This document shows, piece by piece, positions 48,761-63,100 of a stretch of DNA of 64,000 nt. Both the position numbers and the translations under genes were made by a program. How positions within the stretch are numbered: position 1 is the stretch's first letter; the number at the start of each line of letters is the position of its first letter. The stretch is from assembly GCF_009914755.1 (NCBI RefSeq), contig NC_060926.1; one strand, given 5' to 3'. This DNA is from the human T2T-CHM13v2.0 reference genome, Homo sapiens. The notes under the pieces are model-generated. The model was given only the letters and a program-made list of their open reading frames with translations. It was not told where the DNA came from and did no database searches.

Positions 48761-49329
48761 AAGTATTTTAAAATTAAGACATATATATCTATATATTTAT
48801 ACCTTAATTTATATTTATAGAGAGAGAGAGATAGAGATAGAGATAGAGAGACATAATTCTATTGCACACTTAATAGACACAGTATAATGTAAACATAACT
48901 TTTATATGCACTGGGAAACCAAAAACTAGTGTGACTCACTTTATTTTGGTGGTCTGGAAAAAAACCCACAACACCTCCAAGGTATGCCTGTATAAAGGCA
49001 GAGAGAAATTGATAATACCCATAAGGAAAGGGAAATGCAATGTCTTCTCCTTTGAAAAGTAAAATCTTCCATATTTTTAGAGATCTTAATAGAGATTAAA
49101 GAGAAGAAAGAAAGGAGATAACAAAAACGAAAGAGGGAATTAACATTTTGGCTCGCTTCATTGTTATTTCTTCCAAACTCTGGTTTTTCCAAGTTGCTTC
49201 AGGTTCACTCAGATTCAACAAACATTTAACAAATACTCTGTGCCAGGAATTTTACTAGGTATATATCCTGAACATACATATCCTTACCTGGAAGAAACAT
49301 TGTTCATAAAGCAAGGATACACACATAAA

Positions 49330-49560
49330 AGTGAATTAAAGTAACATTTATGTAAGTATTCTCGGATACATGATCTCATTTGCCTCTCAAAATAACCTAA
49401 GGAGATGGGGAGAGCAGGTGTTATCTTTACTACAGATGAGGAAACTGAAAATGAAAAAAAAAAAAAACAGAGGGATGTCAAATATTGCATTGTTAATTGA
49501 AACCCAACCCAAGACTTCTGGGTGAAAGCCAGGGCCATCTCCACTGAAACCTAAAGTCTG
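49330..49560 (-). mobile_element. MIR
   Basis: TGATCTCATTTG..ACAGATGAGGAAACTGA..CCAAGACTTC. Confidence 0.65.
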
Positions 49561-52344
49561 CCATGGATTTGACTGTGGATGTGCCACCCTCACTTTTTCT
49601 GACAACCTGGGCCTTGACTTAGAAGACAATGATACCTTCACCAACTTCATTTTCTGAGCTTCTCGTCAGATGTCGTGGGATGATGCATATCTGTTACATT
49701 CCCCAAGGACAGAGTGATGTGTGGCCATGATAACTTTATGCAAATTATAGCCAAGCAGCTCAGAGTTGAGAAACCTTAAAGACAAAAGGTGAGGAGGAGA
49801 AGAGGGAGCAGAATATTCCTTTTTTCAAAACTTCAGAAGATGATGATCCAGAAACTAATAGTACTACATATTTACTTTCCCATCTCTGTTGCCAGCTTTG
49901 ACCTGCTTATAAAGGAGAAACAGAGATCACTTTTGCTCTTATCTGATTTGTTCGAATTGATGCTGATTACTTTTGTCTTGATTGTAATGCACTTTTTCTG
50001 CATCTAGGCTCATTTTGAGCATTTGTCATAACATATCTTTATGATGGATTTGTCACTACTTTCCTCATTGTTCCATATCTATAATACAGATTCTAACTAT
50101 TGATAGGGCATTTTTCTTTTGGTTCATTAGCCTAGGAATGAACTAGGTAGTTCCAGTAATTAAAAAAGGGAAATCACTTTGCGTGTATCCCATAAAATAT
50201 GAAAATTGTTATTAAATTATGAAAAAATATTAGAACTGCAGTTATACACTTAAACACTTTTCTGCTTATTAAGGTAGTTATTATAGTTCCTGTATTCATC
50301 TTTTACATACAGTCATTTACTTGTTTTCATGCTATTTCTGTGATGTAGGAAGGTTAAATATAATTCTCATTAATATATTTTTTTAAAGTGAGCTATGAAG
50401 AGTAACATGTTGATGGCCACGCTATCAGAGGAAGACATTTCCACTAAGATGCCCAGAATGAAGAGAGGGAAAAAAAAAGTCCTTCGGACTCTATATTCCA
50501 TACTTTGTGCATTATAAAAAAATTAAAATGAACTGATATTATTATATTAATCTGAATTTTTATAAGTAAAAAGTTTCTTCAAAAAAACTGAATAAAATCG
50601 TATCACAAAAAAGTTAATAATAGATAATATTACTTAAGATAACAGCTTGAATTCGGTCTTTCCCTGGCAAAACTTCTTTTCCCATGTTATATTCTCCTAT
50701 GCCTCTCCCATCTCACCACCATGTCCTCCCAACATTCCAGCACTTGTTTCAGTGTTTAGAACACTGTAGCCCCTTGGTAAATTCACTATTTGACTCTACA
50801 TATTTATATTTCTGCCATCTTTTATTTACTTCTTACTAATTTGAGGGTTTATGAAAAGTTGATTTTCATAAACTTGCATTTAGTGGGCTTTTCAACACTA
50901 GACCAGAAATATTATGCAATACTTATTTTTACCCAAATCATCTAGAAATCTTAAGCCACTGAAGGAAGTAATCCATATGACCTCATTATGGATTTGATTC
51001 TATTCAAACTGAGTTCTATACAGTGGAAATTGTATGCAAGAAGAAGTAAATATCGCCTCATCCAACCCCTTCAGTTTAAATATGAGGAAACAAAGGTCCA
51101 GATAGGCTAACTGCCCTCCTCAAAACCATTCAGTTAGCACCAGACTCAATTCAACATGTTGTTTCTTGACTCCTACCAGTCTAATGTTTTCTTTTTTCCA
51201 TTCTGCAAAAGCTGAATCTTCAATATGCAGTGTTTTTTTCTTAAGCTAAGTTACATCTTTTAGGAAATAAAAAAGTTCCTAAAACTCAATATACTAAAAG
51301 TATAGGGTTTATCTCATCTTTGCACTTAGTGTTACTAAGTTCAGAGTGTTGCTATATGATGATGTCAATAATGATACTAGATTATAGGGTCAATTTCCTA
51401 ATCATAGTCTGCATACGCCCAGGCCCACCTGTAAATTTTAAAATCATGAGCCTGATGGAACTTGAAATGTATCTCAATATGTAAGGGTGAATTTATCATC
51501 ACTACTCGGGAAGAAAAGGTAAGACATTGCCTACTGAGAGTGCCACCAATTTTTACACAAAAGTCAGCAACATAGAAAGATAGAATCTCACAGAAAAAAG
51601 AAGCCGTGCATTGTTTATGTCTGGAAATTATGTAGATTATTGGAGATGTTAAATTAACTTGATATTTTCCCCCAATTAAGTATAAAGCATAGATATGGTG
51701 GACTATTAAAAAATGTTTATGATATATTTACCAAAACTAGGACATGGGGTAACAGAGACAGCCTATAAGAATTGGTGAAGAACATCTTATGGCCTAGAAT
51801 AGGATAGAAGATATGAGGAAAGAAATGAAGAGCATTGTTTCAACATTGTCTCCTGAACAGAGTAAACTTCAATTAATATTATTTGAACAAGATTAATTTA
51901 ATACCATCATAGAGTCTTAAATACCACATAATGCAATCTTCAACACTATGAAAAATAATGATGTATATTATAAGAGGTCTGTATATCCAAATAATTTCAG
52001 AATATAAAGATGTGGCAAATGTGAAATTTCTGTAAATAAATGCAAACACATATATCTAAATATATGCAAACACATAAATATATCTCTACCAACTCCCTAA
52101 ATCCCACTGATAATGATAGCAAAATATAAAAATGAGAGTAGATCAGGAATTACATTAGAAAACATTAAAAAGTATTATCATCAGATTTGCTGAATTTTCA
52201 AAGATATAACACATATGGAATATAATTGACAGCAAAATCTGAAAGTGCTGAAGAACCAGAGGTAAAACAGAATAAAACCGTTAATTTTCCCACAGAATAC
52301 TAAACTACAAATTATCAAAAAACATCTTCTCTATTTAAAAAAAT

Positions 52345-52475
52345 GTGGGGCTTAACACCCAGGTGATAGGTTGATAGGTGCAGCAAACCACCACCACACA
52401 CATTTACCTACAGAAAAACCCTACACATCCTGCACATGTATCCTGGAACTTAAAATAGAATTAAATTTTTTAAAT
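52345..52475 (+). mobile_element. L1PA (older) 3'-end fragment
   Basis: GTTGATAGGTGCAGCAAACCACC..TTTACCTA..CATCCTGCACATGTATCCTGGAACTTAAAATA. Confidence 0.85.
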
Positions 52476-52813
52476 AAAATTTACTGTGAGAGATTAGCAA
52501 TGAGAATTTTTGCACATTAGAAATATTACGATCATAATTTAGCAAAAAGTAAAAATTTTATTTTGGGTACAAGGACAGATATCCTTTTGGTGAGTTTTTC
52601 ACCATTGGGAAGATTGCATTAGATGTTATAAATAAGGGTTAACAAACAAAGAAGGTTTTCTAGAGAGATGAATTTGGTTTAATGTAGAAATAAACTTGAA
52701 AATAAAAGTGTCCTATTTTCACTGTTAATAATAAATACATTCAAATATGTTCAACGTATAACAATAGATTTATAAAAGAAATGAGCACCCTGCAGCATTA
52801 AAAATAGTATTCA

Positions 52814-53115
52814 GGCCAGGTGAGGTGGCTAATGCCGCTTTGGGAGGCAAAGGACGGAGGATTGCTTGAGGCCAGGAATTCAAAACCAGCCTGAGCAACA
52901 TAGCAAGGCTCCACCTCTACAAAAGAAAAAATAAAAAATCTGCTGGGCATGGTGATGCATGCCTGTAGTACTAGTTACTTGGGAGGCTGAGGCAGGAGGA
53001 TTGCTTGAGCCCAGAAGTTAGAGGCTGCAGCTACCTGTGATCATGAGACTGCATTCCAGCCTGAGTAACAGAGTGAGACCCTATCTGTAAAATACTATAA
53101 AATATAAAGTAAAAT
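52814..53115 (+). mobile_element. AluJ
   Basis: GGAGGATTGCTTGAGGCCAGG and GGAGGATTGCTTGAGCCCAG; TSD AATAGTATTCA at 52803-52813 and 53116-53126. Confidence 0.92.
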
Positions 53116-54259
53116 AATAGTATTCATTCGTTTTGCACTAAGCCTTCTTCCAGGATGTCCTAATGGACTGTGAAGCAGTAAACATTTAGACTTGCACAAG
53201 CACTCTTCCCTCTATCTGGTTCTCTAATTCTCTTACTTTTTCTAGGTTTGGATTTAATTCTTTATTCACTTTTTCATTTGAACACTACATATATTAAGTT
53301 TGGGGAATCCATTCTTTCTCTTCTTTAGGTCTTCGTATGAAGAACCATACTTAGTTCCAATTACAGGCATGTCTCAGAGGGCAAAAGCATGGATTATTTA
53401 TGCCTTATTTGGAGAAGAAAGTAGGCATTGTATGACTATCAGCAGCAATTTTTCAATAAGAATATTCTTGATATTTTAGAAATGAAGCTTTCAGAAGAGT
53501 CTCCAGGTTTCACTAACTTGTTACTTCCTTATTAAAACACAGTTTTAAAATGTCTGCCATTGTATTAAATATCATGGACATTGATATTTCAAATATGCAA
53601 ATGTAGTTTGGGATCTCATTTGTACTGTGTATCTTCAGCACGTAGCTCTAAGTCCTCTTACAATTTACAAAAATCAGATGATCATATACTTTATACTGTT
53701 AAATAGATTGAAAGCTTTCAACTTGATTCCTTAGGAAATTATTCTCCCTCTTACTACAAGACTCAATAGAGGAGGTGAGAAAAAAAAGGAAGCTTTATTG
53801 ATGGTCTTTAATTCATATCTGCAGGTTCCAGGCTCACTTTTGATGATAGTCTTTTATAATTGAAGTAGAACAAAAGCTATAGTCTATTCAGGAGGCCTAT
53901 ATATACATTGAGGAAGAGTTTACTAAATTTTTACTACCTCTTTCAAATAATTCTCACTGTACTTTAAATTAATTTTCTCTTGTAAAAAGATACATTTTGA
54001 AAAATAAATAAGTACCACGTAGCTCATATTTCAGGGTCATACTACTGAAACCAACATTAGATTGTGTTTCCAGTGATAGTGAAGGATTTGCATTACCTAC
54101 CCCATGCTTTGTCAGAGCATAACTTGTAACATGTAAAAATCACCTAGATTGGATAAGGCTACGATCAGTGATTACGCAATAAAGTGAGGACTGTAGAGGA
54201 ATTAAAATCTTATGTTTTTTATCTCATTTTCAAAACATTTATTTTCTAACCAACAAAAG

Positions 54260-54372
54260 TATATGTAGATATATATACTTATATATATTTAAAACTATAT
54301 GTAGATATATATACTATATTATATATATTTCTATATATATATATATATCCATATAGATATAGACATAGATAT
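54260..54372. repeat. TA-rich low-complexity / microsatellite tract
   Basis: Read directly. Confidence 0.85.
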
Positions 54373-55091
54373 TTGACCACAAATGGAATGAACTGTTTGC
54401 CTCTTACCAACTGAAATAGTGAATTTAGCTCCAAATCATGCAGGGTCATTTTTTTTCCAGTTCCAAATTGTGTATGCCAAGACTCTCCAGTACTGAAAAC
54501 TGTTACCAATTCCTTTCCATCACCCTAACTGGAGTCTTCTCAACACTATCTGACATTAATAAGGGAGACAGGAAAGCACCTGAAACAATAGACTATCACT
54601 GCTGCCAAATTCCCCATCCATTTTACAAATGGAACAACGAAAGATTGAGGCTGTGCAGTTATTCTCTCATATAGCGAAGTTGAGGCAATGCAAATCTACT
54701 TTCACTGACACTGACTGTGTCCATGAGACAAACATCAGGCCTTCTCAGGACACAGGAGGATCTCAGGCACTCAGGCATTGACACACATCTGGGATCCTGC
54801 CCTCTACCCCCATGTATTATAAATCAATAAAATCAGATTTTACTAAGAGGAGCTAAAGTAAAACACAACTGATGGATATTTTTGTTATGTTTTGTTTTTA
54901 ATGTCTTTGAATTTGTGACTCTAATTTAGGTCAAGAAACTTCTTTTACTTAGATTACTTAAAATATAATGAAACCTTTTTATCAGCTTCATTGTACTTCT
55001 TTCCAGAAAAAGAAATCAAATGTCTACATGAGCTTCTTCTAAGCTGGAACCAAGGCATCTGGTCCCAGTTAATTTGACAGCTACCACACAG

Positions 55092-55228
55092 TTATATGTA
55101 TATATGTGTGTATGTGTGTGTGTGTGTGTGTATATACATGTATATATATTTGTATATATATACATGTATATATACACACACACATATATCATATATGTGT
55201 CATATGCTATATATCACATATATATGAT
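55092..55228. repeat. Compound (TA)/(TG)/(CA) microsatellite
   Basis: Read directly. Confidence 0.9.
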
Positions 55229-56195
55229 TGTATTTACTAGAAGACTCGAAACGATGTTGTTTTCTATTATTAAAAATAATAACCGATTTTTATTTTTCCC
55301 TCATTTTGATGTTTATTTGATATTTGAGTACATTAAATTTCATGTGCAGTTAATTCTACTGCTACATTATGTTTTTAAGGGCTACTTATTGATCCCTGCA
55401 TGATTTAGACAGTATTCAGAATAAAATTTTTTAATGTATTCAACGAACAGACCACATCCTATAGCTAGCTCATAAATTAATATCATTGGTCACAAAGGAA
55501 AATGGTCAAGGGAATGTGAATATCTCAGTAACACTGATATTTATTACTGGGGAAACAGTCTTGGACTCAGGGCATACAGATGTAGATCAGTTGTGTCATT
55601 GCTTGTATTCAAAGGCCACCATAGTATTAGTTGACAGTCTGTAAAGTTTAGCTGTACTTAAAAACCAATCTTGCTAATGTTAATATAGGCCTGGATATGT
55701 GTAGCATATTACTATCTAGGAATCTCTTATTCTTACATTCTACCTGCAAAACTAAGAGGCAGGGGTCGTTGCCATTCATCCTATTTTTTAGGAGCGATTC
55801 ACTATGACTAAAATTTATTGTATCATTTAGAGAAAAAGTTTCTGAAATGCAGAAAGTAGAACAAATTTGGGTGTTCTATCTTTGAGTTCATACAATTAGT
55901 CCAGAAACTGGATCTTAAATAGCACAAGGCAATTTTCATAGTTTAAAGAGAGAAGACTGTAAATCTGGTTTATCATGTTCTTATCATTCTTTCGGAAACA
56001 TGTGAGGAAATGTGAGGACCACTGTGAATCGAACAATAATCATAAAATTAGGAACAAAAGAAACAGACAGAACAAAGCCTTTTTTTCTCTTTTTTTCCTT
56101 TTCTTTTTTAGGATTCTAAATCACATACAAAACATTTGTTCTGCTCCAGCTCTTTGTGAACTAATTGGCTCTCCTGGAGGGATAGGTAATTGTAC

Positions 56196-56830
56196 CTGAC
56201 TACACAAGCTGTCCCGAAGCTCCCTTGGAAAGCTCCAGTAAGCTTCTAGTGTTAGCAGCCATCAAGGATTTCACAGGTCAGGCATCGGATCGATACAGCT
56301 AAAAGCAGCAGGGACTGTAATGTCGACAGCAGGTTTCAGAAAGCGCTGCAAGTGCCAGTTTGTTCCTCTTCATGCAGAAGCTCAAGACAGCTTAATTAAC
56401 CCTTGGAAAATACAATTTATCCAGAGGCTCGGCAGGTCCCTACCAGGCCTTATTGGTGAACTGATAGGAGAGATACTGTAGCTGGCAGCGCTGAATTCCC
56501 ATTTCCCCCTTTAATGCTGTTTCAGTTAGGATGCAAAGAAAACATAGTTTTCGGTGGATGTGTTCCTCATGTCCTGAAGAGCAGGCAATAGGAGGTAGCC
56601 TTAGAGGGGGGTTTGTTAGAACTCACTTGTGACTTCAGCAGGAGCAAGGCTGAGACTGAGCATTGATCATCCGAGCCCTGGGGTGAGAAATTGGGATGTG
56701 TGTGCATGGGTGTGTGTGTGTGTGAATTAGATGTGTGAGAGAGAGGTGTGTGTGTTGTGGGGCGGGGGGAGGTGTGTGACGGGGGCTGGGGGGAGAAAAG
56801 CAAAGGCATTTTTCTCTTTTTCACTGATAT
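56196..56830 (-). promoter_or_regulatory. Candidate non-CpG-island promoter and/or non-coding 5' exon of a minus-strand transcript
   Basis: Non-repeat DNA with raised GC and retained CpGs; GGGGCGGGG box at ~56759-56767; CA/CT-rich tract; strong donor CAA|GTGAGT at 56627/56626 and weaker CAG|GTACAA at 56196/56195. Confidence 0.45.
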
Positions 56831-57654
56831 AAATGCTTCCGTGCCCCTGTGTAAAGGTGTTCTTTAATTGGTTGTCTGTTTGTCATGTCTCTAATATCAT
56901 ACAACCAAAAAGAGTGCAGATCTGAATATATTTTTACATACTTCATGTTGGAAGACAAAACACCTGCCAGAGATAACAATCAGGGAGAAGTTAATTTGTC
57001 ACATGTTATACTCCAACCCTCACCTCCAGTGTTGCTCAACACATCATCAGTCTTTTCTCCTAATACAGTTCTTCCACACTAAGGCAAACTGCTGAAGAGA
57101 CATAAATAAAGCTAGCAAGATACAGAAAATATTTGAAGTTAGTGGGGCTTGAGAAATTGTGGCCACATGAATGGTCTGGTGCATTCACTTAAATTGATTG
57201 TATCTACTTGTATTTGCATTCACATTCACATTAGCAACATTTTTAATGTGTATCATTTCAATTAATTCATTTACAAGTATTTTCCTAGGTTCATATCTAT
57301 GGTCATGAGTGAGGGTTCATGGCGTTCAGGTTCCAGAACAGTGAACTCCCACACACATACTGGGTGGATAGATGCCATCTCCTTTCTGCTGGCTCATTTC
57401 CATTTATGATCAGAAGCAAAGTAGATTAAAGCGGAAGAAATGAAATTAAATACAGATTAGATGTGCAAACTATGGTGGCATATTTTAGACCAGGATCCAG
57501 CCATAATCTCTTCAAAATAATTTATAACAAGTGTAACAGGGTAAAAACAAACATAACAGATGGGAAGGGCCCTGCCCTCCTCCATTATCACCAGTCTCTC
57601 TTCCGAGAGGAGCAACATGTAACCATTTCTGTTACCAGCTCTTCCACTGGGTAG

Positions 57655-58220
57655 CATGCATTTATTCAACAAATATGTACTGAACAGTTACTGTGTGCCA
57701 GGCAATGTTTTAGACCCTGGTGATATGGAAATGGTAAAAATAGACACAAGGACGTCATCAAAGAGTTTACTTCCTTATGTGAATAGACAAAAGACAAACA
57801 AACAAAAATACATATGTATTAATATCTCAGGAAGTAACTATAAAGAAACATTAAGTAAGGTAAGAATACAAAGAGCTGGATTTCTATCATTATCATTAGC
57901 ATAGCCAGGATGGTTTCTCTAAAAAGGTGACATATGAAGAAAATCGGAAAGAGAAGAGTGATGCTTCATGCAGTTATCTGTCCAGGGAAGGAGGAAGAGC
58001 TGTCCAGGCAGAAGCAGCCTATGCAAACTCCCTGAGATGAGAGCATGCTTGGCCTGACCACAGGAGAGCAAGAGAACTTTGTGATTGAAAAAAGCGAGAA
58101 CAGGATGATGAGACAAGACAATAAGTCACAGATATAGTAAGATAAAATATATATAATGTAAGCCCTTATAGGCATTGACAAGTCACACAGCTAGGAAATG
58201 TAGATTTGGGTTTTAAACAC
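57655..58220 (-). mobile_element. L2 3' region
   Basis: ATTCAACAAATATGTACTGA..ACTGTGTGCCAGGCA is the antisense L2 3' end, followed by purine-rich L2 body. Confidence 0.75.
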
Positions 58221-58495
58221 AAGACTAACTGCATGCTACTAACCACCATGCTATACTGATCCTTGAAAACAAGGCCTTGTTTCACATAGGATTTGTGGTC
58301 ATCTATGCTGTCTCCCACTGTACCCACCCCCCCCCACTTATTACTCTGATTAATCAATAGTTGACTATAATTCCAATTTAACTGACTTATTAACTGACCA
58401 GCAAGGATAGCTTTATATCTACTTGGACACAGACATCAATACTTTCCAGTTGTACATAGAGAGCACTGATAGAGGCTCAGTCAAGAATATGTGTG

Positions 58496-58803
<308 letters not shown>

Positions 58804-59110
58804 CAGTATTTTGTATGTCTTCCAATAACATTTCCAAAAGGCTGAGTACATATCCAGTCCTTGATTAGTGAGACTAGAAAGGACTTCAGAGGTTAATTAG
58901 TCAACCCTCTTCATCCTACAGATAAGGAAAGGAAGACCCAGAATGGTTAATATTTTCCTTTTCAAATTCAGAAAAGAAAAATAAACTCCCAGAGAGACAA
59001 TTCGTGGGCTAGGAACTATGATCAACCTCAGGGTCCAGCAGACCCCTTTTTACCTTTTCTTCTTTTTCTGACCAACTCTGCCCCAATCCTGTCCTCCCAA
59101 CCTCTATTTC

Positions 59111-59376
59111 TTTTTTTTTGTTTTTTAACTCTTATTTTAGGTTCGGGGTACATATGCAAGTTTGTTATATAGGTAAACTGTACGTCACAGAAGTTTGGTG
59201 TAGAGATTAATTAGTCACCTAGGTAATAAGCATAGTATTTGATCGGTAGTTTTTCGATCCTCTCCCTCCTCCCTCCCTCCATCCTCAAGTAGGCCCCTGT
59301 GTCTCTTGTTTCCTTCTTCGAGTCCATGTGTACTCAGTGTTTAGCTCCAATCTATAAATGAGAACATGCAGTATTT
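59111..59376 (-). mobile_element. L1PA15/16-like 3'-end fragment
   Basis: TTATTTTAGGTTCGGGGTACATATGCAAGTTTGTTATATAGGTAAAC ... GAGAACATGCAGTATTT. Confidence 0.88.
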
Positions 59377-60752
59377 CCGGTCTCTATGTCTGATATCATC
59401 TTATTCAAGTTTATGAATTTTTAAAATTTCTTATGGCAGAAATGTAAGAAAAAGATGGATAAATAAAATTCCTAAACCTAATTTTTCATTTTACTGTCAT
59501 CCTTTTCTTCTTCAAAGTATTTCACTGGAGGAGCTAGCAAACAAGAGGATAATTTACACCTATAAATTGCACTTTATTTCTAAGCCTTTGTGCTGTGAAG
59601 TTCAACAAAATGGTGGAAAATCGATTTGGGAGGGGATGAGGGATAAGAGGCAGCATGGGACAAAAAGCGTGGCACCAACTCACCAGTAACGGCCAGCTTG
59701 CCAAGGGATTTGAACAAGTCACTTACCCCTGCTAAACCTTACTTCCTCTTCTGCAAATTGAGAATTTGAATAGATAATCTCAAAGTCCCAGGCAGCACTA
59801 GAGGTTTTAGAGTCATGCCATCAAAGGAGTAGCACCTAGATGTCACAGCTAGTTCCCCAAAGCTAGATACCAGTCCTCTACTGTTATTTCTGTACATTTT
59901 ATATAGCCACCATTCAAACTGTAGCATGCACTCCTAATTAGCATTTTATTAAAGCTCAGCTCATGTGTCTGTAGTCTGTTTTTCAAGATGACTTAAAAGA
60001 AATCAGAATTTGTGTGCTATTCATTCCCTCTCAAAAGCATATTTTCAAGATGTATTTAGGCAATAGTACTTTTCCAAAGCATAATTGTATCCTAATGTAA
60101 AAACTGCAAATATATTTCTTTTACCATGTTCGGCAAATCCTTAAATGACCTCATATTTTAGCATTATTATATAATACGCAAAGGAAGATACATCTTATGT
60201 GAACTTATACACATAAATAGGATTTTTAAAAAAAATTCTTGACACATTACCGTATGCTGCATGCTTTTTGTGGATTATGAAAGAATAAAAGACTAATATA
60301 CTAACTGAAGTTTGAGAATTTCTGAACATCATCTGAATTTCTATAGCATCCACTCCATTTAATCACACATTCACGTATCAGTCCCAGTAACAGTGTCTTC
60401 AAAGTATTTACACATTGACTGACTTTGAATAAGCATTTTTATAGTTTCTTTTTATAACCAATCAATAGTAATGTCTGCATCACAAAGATAAGTGAATACA
60501 AGATTTGTTGACTGATGTTGCATATTTACATTACAGTTATTGCAATGTTTTTATGATCAAATTGGATATAAGAGGATTTGCAAATACACCTGTTTGTTTA
60601 ATGACATTCCCAGTATAGTCTTTAGTGCTCCAGGAACCATTTAAACTGTCATGTTACCATCTAAAATAGCCGCCTCTATCTTTCTTCAGTTTTTACTTGG
60701 CTTCATTTTTCTTCCTAAGCTTACTACTATCTGAAATTATGCTATAAATATA

Positions 60753-61273
60753 TGATTGAGCCTCAAACAAAGATGAGGGTTAGGGAGCTAGCCCCTTCCC
60801 CTCTCCCCCAACACAGCTGAAAATCCACATATACCTTTTGACTCCCCCAAAACTTAGAAACTAATAGCTTACTGTTGACTGGAAGCGTAACTGATAACAT
60901 AAGCAGTCAACTAAAATAGATTTCATATGTTATATGTATTATAAACTGTATTCTTATAATAAAGTAAGCTAGAGAAAAGAAAAATATTATTAAGAAAATC
61001 AAAAGGTAGAGAAAATATATTTACTATTCGTTCAGCGAACATGGATCATCATAAAGGTCTTCATCCTCATCATCTTCAGGTTAAGTAGACTGAAGAGGAG
61101 TAGGAAGAGGAGGAGTTGGTCTTGCTGTCTCAAGAGTGGTGGAGGTGGAAGGGATGGAGGAGGTAGAAGGGAGACAGGAAAGGCAGGCACACTCACAGCA
61201 ATTTGTATTGAAAAAAAATCCATGTATAAATGGACTCATGCAGTGCAAAACTGTGTTGTTCAAGAGCCAAATG
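60753..61273 (-). mobile_element. Tigger2a/MER28-like non-autonomous TcMar element
   Basis: TA-flanked; ends ..GTGTTGTTCAAGAGCCAAATG; internal TGGATCATCATAAAGGTCTTCATCCTC and AAAGTAAGCTAGAGAAAAGAAAA. Confidence 0.9.
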
Positions 61274-61302
61274 TATGTTCATACTCGTTAACTGTCACTA
61301 TA

Positions 61303-61654
<352 letters not shown>

Positions 61655-62719
61655 CTAATCACTATATCACCAGCACTTACAAAAGCATTAATCACATAGT
61701 AGATGCAAAATACATATTTGTTGAATACATAAATAAACTTTGGATCATTTATATGTGATTGTAAACAGATGCACCTAACATTAAGTTGGTGCATAATGCA
61801 CACACTCAATAATAGGTATATACTGTATTATTTAACATTAGGATACCTTGAAAACTGATCATCATCATACAATGAAATAAACAAACAAATATTAGATTGG
61901 GTATTTACAAAGTCATCTTAAAAAGCCGGAAGACCTCCACAGCTAAGGGTGAGTCCTGGAGATATTTTTCTGTTCAGGCTCTTTCAAAAAATAGTTTCAT
62001 GGGAAAATAGCTAAATCTGTTATAATAACACATTCAAGAAAAACAATGTATCAGGTAAACAGGAATAGAAGGCAGTAGAAGTGTAGAATGGGAACCAGAA
62101 ATTTGAAAGTTGGCAATGTGCCAGTCAATAATGTATAGGAACCAGAGTAACTGCAGCACTGGAGAAGTAAGACAAGGCTGCTTCATCAAGCCTCACTTAT
62201 TACCATCAGTCTCAACTCTGATTCTGATCATACAAAGCAGTCTTTTGATTATGAATTTGCTTCTCAGGTTTCTTGATAAGGGGGAGGGAGCTTTCCCTAC
62301 TTAGTGAATACTTCCATTATTTTATCTAGAAAGGGTATCTCTCATTAAAAATTAATAAACTGTATTTCTGATTTAGACATGACCTTTATTAGACTAACTT
62401 CATCCATGAGAGGCTACCTCACGTTCAGCTTATGACAACATCCATTTCATGAGATTCCGAGGCTGAGTCCAGACCCCGAACTGAGGTGATCCAATATAGA
62501 GGCCCTGTCAGCATTGTGACCAGCCAGACTTCATTGGTCATACCCTTATATAGCATATATGAATGGATTCATTAATTTCCTTGATGAAAAGTACATTTAC
62601 ATATATGTATTATTGTTATACAATCCTTTACACCTCACCAAGGCCTGCAATCTTTCACTCCTTTTTAAGTATTTTCAAGTTATCTCAAGTTAAAATAACA
62701 GACATACATTCAGAAGCTT

Positions 62720-63100
62720 TAACATCTTAAACAGGGAACAACTCCAGCCTCACAGAGGATGGCAAGGAGTGAACCTGCTACTACTCCATAGATGCCAGAA
62801 GTAGGCAACAAGACTTACTACAGCAGAGCAAGACAGTTTATTACTCACACTCAGCAAACAGAAAATGTGTCATCATTGTACTGCCTTGTACATGTTCCCC
62901 TTGCCTCCCAAGGCCCATGGGCATTATGATGAGCCAAATGGATGATTTGCGCACAGTGGGTTGGGTTGCAGCTGAGGAATACAGGATCAAGGGCAAGCAG
63001 CAAACAAGCTAGTAGTCACACTGTGGTCACTTTGACCAACTTAGCTTCCCTACATGACCAGCTACATAATTTGTTCAGTATCATGAGACAGGTAAAAGGG
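62720..63100 (-). mobile_element. Possible old ERVL-type LTR fragment
   Basis: GACAGTTTATTACTCAC (antisense polyA-signal region) and GC-richer composition; family not resolved. Confidence 0.35.
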
